In this document: piece by piece, positions 8,261 through 11,298 of the stretch
How positions within the stretch are numbered: position 1 is the first letter of the stretch
Layout of the letters: each line of letters opens with the position of its first letter
Source: a bacterium
GTDB lineage: Bacteria > RBG-13-61-14 > DATKZS01
DNA length: 11,298 nt
Direction: 5' to 3'
Assembly: GCA_046484135.1 (NCBI GenBank)
Contig: JAWOBU010000260.1
Coordinates: 1 to 11,298, forward strand
Notes under the pieces: model-generated
Told to the model about the DNA's origin: nothing
Databases searched by the model: none
What the model saw: the letters and a program-made list of their open reading frames with translations, nothing else
Position numbers and translations under genes: made by a program

Positions 8261-9466
8261 ATGGCCAAGAAGCAGGACATCAACAGTAAAAAGAGCTCGC
8301 ACTTTACCCAGACCGTGCACTCCGGGGAGATGAGGGTGAAGTACGCGGACGCTCTGACTGTTCCCATCGTCCAGACCTCGACCTATGTTTTTCACAGCAC
8401 GGAGGAGATAAAAAGATACACCTCGAAGCGGCTGATCCGGTACGAGTACGCCCGTTACGGGAACCCCACCCAGGAGGCGACGGAAGACAAGCTGGCCATA
8501 CTGGAGGGAGCGGACAACTGCCTGGTCTTCGACTCGGGCATGAGCGCCATTACCACCACCCTGCTGGCTCTCTTGAGCAAGGGAGACCACATCATACTTA
8601 CCGACGACCTGTACGGCCAGACCCTCAAGTTCTCCACCCGGCACCTGCCCCGATTCGGCATTGACTACACCATCACCAAGATGGGAGATTACAAGGAGAT
8701 GGAAAAGGCGGTAAAGAAGAACACCAGGATCATCTTTACCGAGTCTCCCACTAACCCCTACCTCAACATCATAGACCTCGACCGGATGAGGGAGATCAAG
8801 GAAAAGTACGGGACCCTCATGATAATTGACTCGACCTTTGCCACCCCCTACAACCAGAAGCCACTGGAGTGGGGAGTGGACCTGGTTATCCAGAGCGCGA
8901 CCAAGTACCTGGCCGGGCACAACGACATCCTGGCCGGCGCAGTACTGGGCGGTCGGGACCTCATGACCACCATACGCGATTATCAGCACGCCACCGGCTC
9001 CATAATTGATCCTCACTGCTGTTACCTGCTCTTGCGGGGTCTGAAAACCGCGGCCTTGCGAGTGGACTTCCAGAACAAGTCGGCCATGAAGGTCGCCGAG
9101 TATCTCGAGCAGCACCCCAAGATCAAGAAGGTTTTTTATCCCGGCCTGCCCAGCCATCCTCACCACCACATCGCACGGGCGCAGATGAAAGGATACGGCG
9201 GTGTGCTGTCCTTCTGGGTGAAAGGAAACCTGAAAAAGGTGAACAAGTTCCTGGACGCACTGAAGAGCATATACATCGCGCCCAGCCTGGGAGGGGTCGA
9301 GACCCTTATCACCCATCCGGCCACCGTGAGCTACTACCGGTACACCCGCAAAGAAAGGTACGAGCTAGGCATCAACGATCAACTCTGCCGCCTGGCCCTC
9401 GGGATCGAGGACCCCGACGACGTAATTGCAGACCTGGACCAGGCACTCCACGCCATGGAGAATTAA
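8261..9466 (+). CDS. metB: Cys/Met metabolism PLP-dependent enzyme, likely cystathionine gamma-synthase (401 aa)
   Basis: AAAGGAGG SD; YARYGNPT, FDSGMSAI, ESPTNP, DSTFATP, SATKYLAGHND (PLP Lys), SLGGVETL. The family call is certain; the exact reaction (MetB vs MetC/MetZ/Mgl) is inferred. Confidence 0.8.
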   Translation: MAKKQDINSKKSSHFTQTVHSGEMRVKYADALTVPIVQTSTYVFHSTEEIKRYTSKRLIRYEYARYGNPTQEATEDKLAILEGADNCLVFDSGMSAITTTLLALLSKGDHIILTDDLYGQTLKFSTRHLPRFGIDYTITKMGDYKEMEKAVKKNTRIIFTESPTNPYLNIIDLDRMREIKEKYGTLMIIDSTFATPYNQKPLEWGVDLVIQSATKYLAGHNDILAGAVLGGRDLMTTIRDYQHATGSIIDPHCCYLLLRGLKTAALRVDFQNKSAMKVAEYLEQHPKIKKVFYPGLPSHPHHHIARAQMKGYGGVLSFWVKGNLKKVNKFLDALKSIYIAPSLGGVETLITHPATVSYYRYTRKERYELGINDQLCRLALGIEDPDDVIADLDQALHAMEN

Positions 9467-9467
9467 C

Positions 9468-10550
9468 ATGAGCCGTTTGAATTCCGGAAAGCGCTTTCAT
9501 CGAGTAGCGTTTATGGCATGCTTTGTGGTGCTGGCCTCGGCCCTCTCGCCGCGGCTTGTTCCCGCTCAGGCGGACAAAACCGCTTCCGCGGAAGAGGGGA
9601 CCGCAAACAAGCGGCTCATTATCATTGACGACGACCTGGGCATGCTCCGAAGCGCGGTGAAAAAGGCGGGAGCTTACCAGTACCCCTGGATACCCATTAC
9701 CGACCCGGACGGAGGCCTCGAGCTTATCTACGCACTCCGCGACCCCGAGGTAAAGGTGCTGGGGGTAACCTGCTCCATGGGCTGCTCCGCCACCGAGGTG
9801 TGCATGAAATCGGCCAACCGGATACTCGACCTTACCGGACGGACCGACGTGCCCGTGCTCGAAGGCGCTCGCTCTCCCGATGAGCTGGGTAAGCCCACTG
9901 AAGCGTCCCGCTTCATAATAAACACGGTCCTCTCGCATCCCGGCGAGGTCGAGATCGTGGCAACCGCTCCCCTTACCAACATCGCCACCGCGCTCATGCA
10001 CGAGCCCTGCCTGAAAAAGAACTGGAAAAAACTGCACGTAGGGTCCGGCGAGTTCATGGGAGAGCTGTCCGAACGCTCCGACGCTTATTACGCCCGCTTC
10101 ACCGGCTACAAGGACCTGAACCTCAACGTGGACCCGCCGGCCGCCCGGTATGTCCTCGAATACGTGGACAACTTTAAGCTCTATCCGAACGAGATCATGG
10201 ACGACGCATCCCTCACGCTCGCCGACCGGCGCAAGCTGAAAAAAGCGGACAGCAGGCTGGCCGAGTGGGTGGCCCGCGAGATAAACGTGGCGCTGTGGCT
10301 GGGAGCCACTTTCGGCAAACTGGCGGGCTACGAAGGGCTTTATCTTCACGGGGTCATTCCGCTGGCTGTTGCAATCGAGCCGGGCCTGGCAGAGCCGCCG
10401 CAAATGATGCGCTTTAAAATGACGGAGAGGAAGTGGGGAGGCTACACCTTTACCCTGACTGACGATCCTTCCGTGCCTGAACGGCCGGTGTACGTCCGAC
10501 TCAAAAACCCGGAAGCCATTGAAAAGAGAGTGGTGGCAAGGTGCCGCTGA
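9468..10550 (+). CDS. Secreted nucleoside hydrolase-fold protein (IU-NH family), divergent active site (360 aa)
   Basis: Starts 1 nt after the metB stop; signal peptide ending AQA; IIIDDDLG, GRTDVPVLEGA, VATAPLTNIATAL, LNLNVDPPAARYVL match IU-NH blocks. Confidence 0.8.
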   Translation: MSRLNSGKRFHRVAFMACFVVLASALSPRLVPAQADKTASAEEGTANKRLIIIDDDLGMLRSAVKKAGAYQYPWIPITDPDGGLELIYALRDPEVKVLGVTCSMGCSATEVCMKSANRILDLTGRTDVPVLEGARSPDELGKPTEASRFIINTVLSHPGEVEIVATAPLTNIATALMHEPCLKKNWKKLHVGSGEFMGELSERSDAYYARFTGYKDLNLNVDPPAARYVLEYVDNFKLYPNEIMDDASLTLADRRKLKKADSRLAEWVAREINVALWLGATFGKLAGYEGLYLHGVIPLAVAIEPGLAEPPQMMRFKMTERKWGGYTFTLTDDPSVPERPVYVRLKNPEAIEKRVVARCR

Positions 10551-10568
10551 ATTAAAGGAGAGGGACAG

Positions 10569-11298
10569 ATGCCGTCTAAAGTAACCATGCTGGAAGCAGG
10601 CGCCATGAAAGAGCGGGGCGAGAAGATAGTCATGATCACGGCCTATGATTATCCTTCCGCGTTGATCGCGGACGGCGCGGGTGTTGACATGGTGCTGGTG
10701 GGAGACTCGGTGGGCACGGTGGTGCAGGGCGAGTCCACCACACTGCCGGTAACCATGGAGCAGATGATCTATCACACCCGCATCGTGGCCAAGGCGTGCC
10801 AGCGGGCCATGGTTATCTTTGACATGCCTTTCATGAGCTACCAGGAGAGCATCCGCCAGGCCCGGGAGAACGCGGGCCGCGCAATAAAGGAAGCGGCCGC
10901 GTCCGCGGTAAAACTGGAAGGCGGCGTCAACATGGCGGATACCATCCGGGCCATAAGCGATATTGATATCCCGGTTGTGGGCCACATCGGCCTTACCCCC
11001 CAGAGCATCCACCGGATGGGGGGCTTCAAGGTCCAGGGCCGCACCGACGCCCAGCGCAAGCGGCTTCTGGAAGACGCCAAAGCGGTGGAAGAGGCCGGCG
11101 CTTTTTCCGTGGTCATGGAGTGCGTGCCCGCGGCTCTCGCGAAAGAGATTACCGGCACCGTTAAAATTCCCACCATCGGCATCGGCTGCGGCCCGGACTG
11201 CGACGGCCAGGTACTGGTCTGGCACGACCTGTTGGGTGTATATAAAGGCAAGAAGCTCACCTTTGTTAAAAAGTACGCCGATCTTCACAAGAGCATGA
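10569..11298 (+). CDS. panB: 3-methyl-2-oxobutanoate hydroxymethyltransferase, 3' end beyond the window (absent from the ORF track)
   Basis: Translated by hand from ATG 10569 after AAAGGAGAGG: MPSKVTM...[10 protein letters not shown]...[20 protein letters not shown]...DMPFMSY...VKLEGG...GHIGLTPQS...[23 protein letters not shown]. Confidence 0.96.
   Translation, partial: MPSKVTMLEAGAMKERGEKIVMITAYDYPSALIADGAGVDMVLVGDSVGTVVQGESTTLPVTMEQMIYHTRIVAKACQRAMVIFDMPFMSYQESIRQARENAGRAIKEAAASAVKLEGGVNMADTIRAISDIDIPVVGHIGLTPQSIHRMGGFKVQGRTDAQRKRLLEDAKAVEEAGAFSVVMECVPAALAKEITGTVKIPTIGIGCGPDCDGQVLVWHDLLGVYKGKKLTFVKKYADLHKSM

Noticed and set aside
9372..11288. 638-aa minus-strand ORF, and similar ORFs 8213-9316, 3234-4037, 3901-4644, 6983-7630, 385-714
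   Set aside because: They are antisense shadows of well-supported plus-strand genes, with no motifs of their own.
10963..11298. 111-aa plus-strand ORF in the track, and alternate-frame ORFs 1375-2298 and 7519-8151
   Set aside because: They are out-of-frame overlaps of panB, acs and LOG with the Arg/Pro/Ala-rich composition typical of non-coding frames.

Overview
GC-rich bacterial chromosomal window, probably from a diderm organism (it encodes a lipoprotein and a likely outer-membrane beta-barrel); the taxon cannot be determined from sequence alone. About 10 kb is metabolic or housekeeping: acs on the minus strand, divergent from a plus-strand run of hisF, a TauE/SafE (TSUP) transporter, an extended SDR/NAD-dependent epimerase, a Cys-rich lipoprotein, a putative OM beta-barrel, a LOG-family protein, a cystathionine gamma-synthase-type PLP enzyme, a secreted nucleoside-hydrolase-fold protein and a 3'-truncated panB. 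The first ~1.1 kb looks accessory. A small orphan winged-helix gene is preceded by four ~22-bp-spaced iteron-like boxes that overlap its predicted promoter. It is flanked on both sides by inverted pairs of a triple-8-mer (RCGCWANG x3) repeat, and one repeat copy carries a REP-like hairpin. Other notable points: the nucleoside hydrolase homologue appears to have lost canonical Ca2+ ligands, the CGS resembles the plant type and has a switch-like leader, and acs/hisF share mirror-image promoters with a probably leaderless hisF. All family calls come from motif recognition by eye; no database searches were run.
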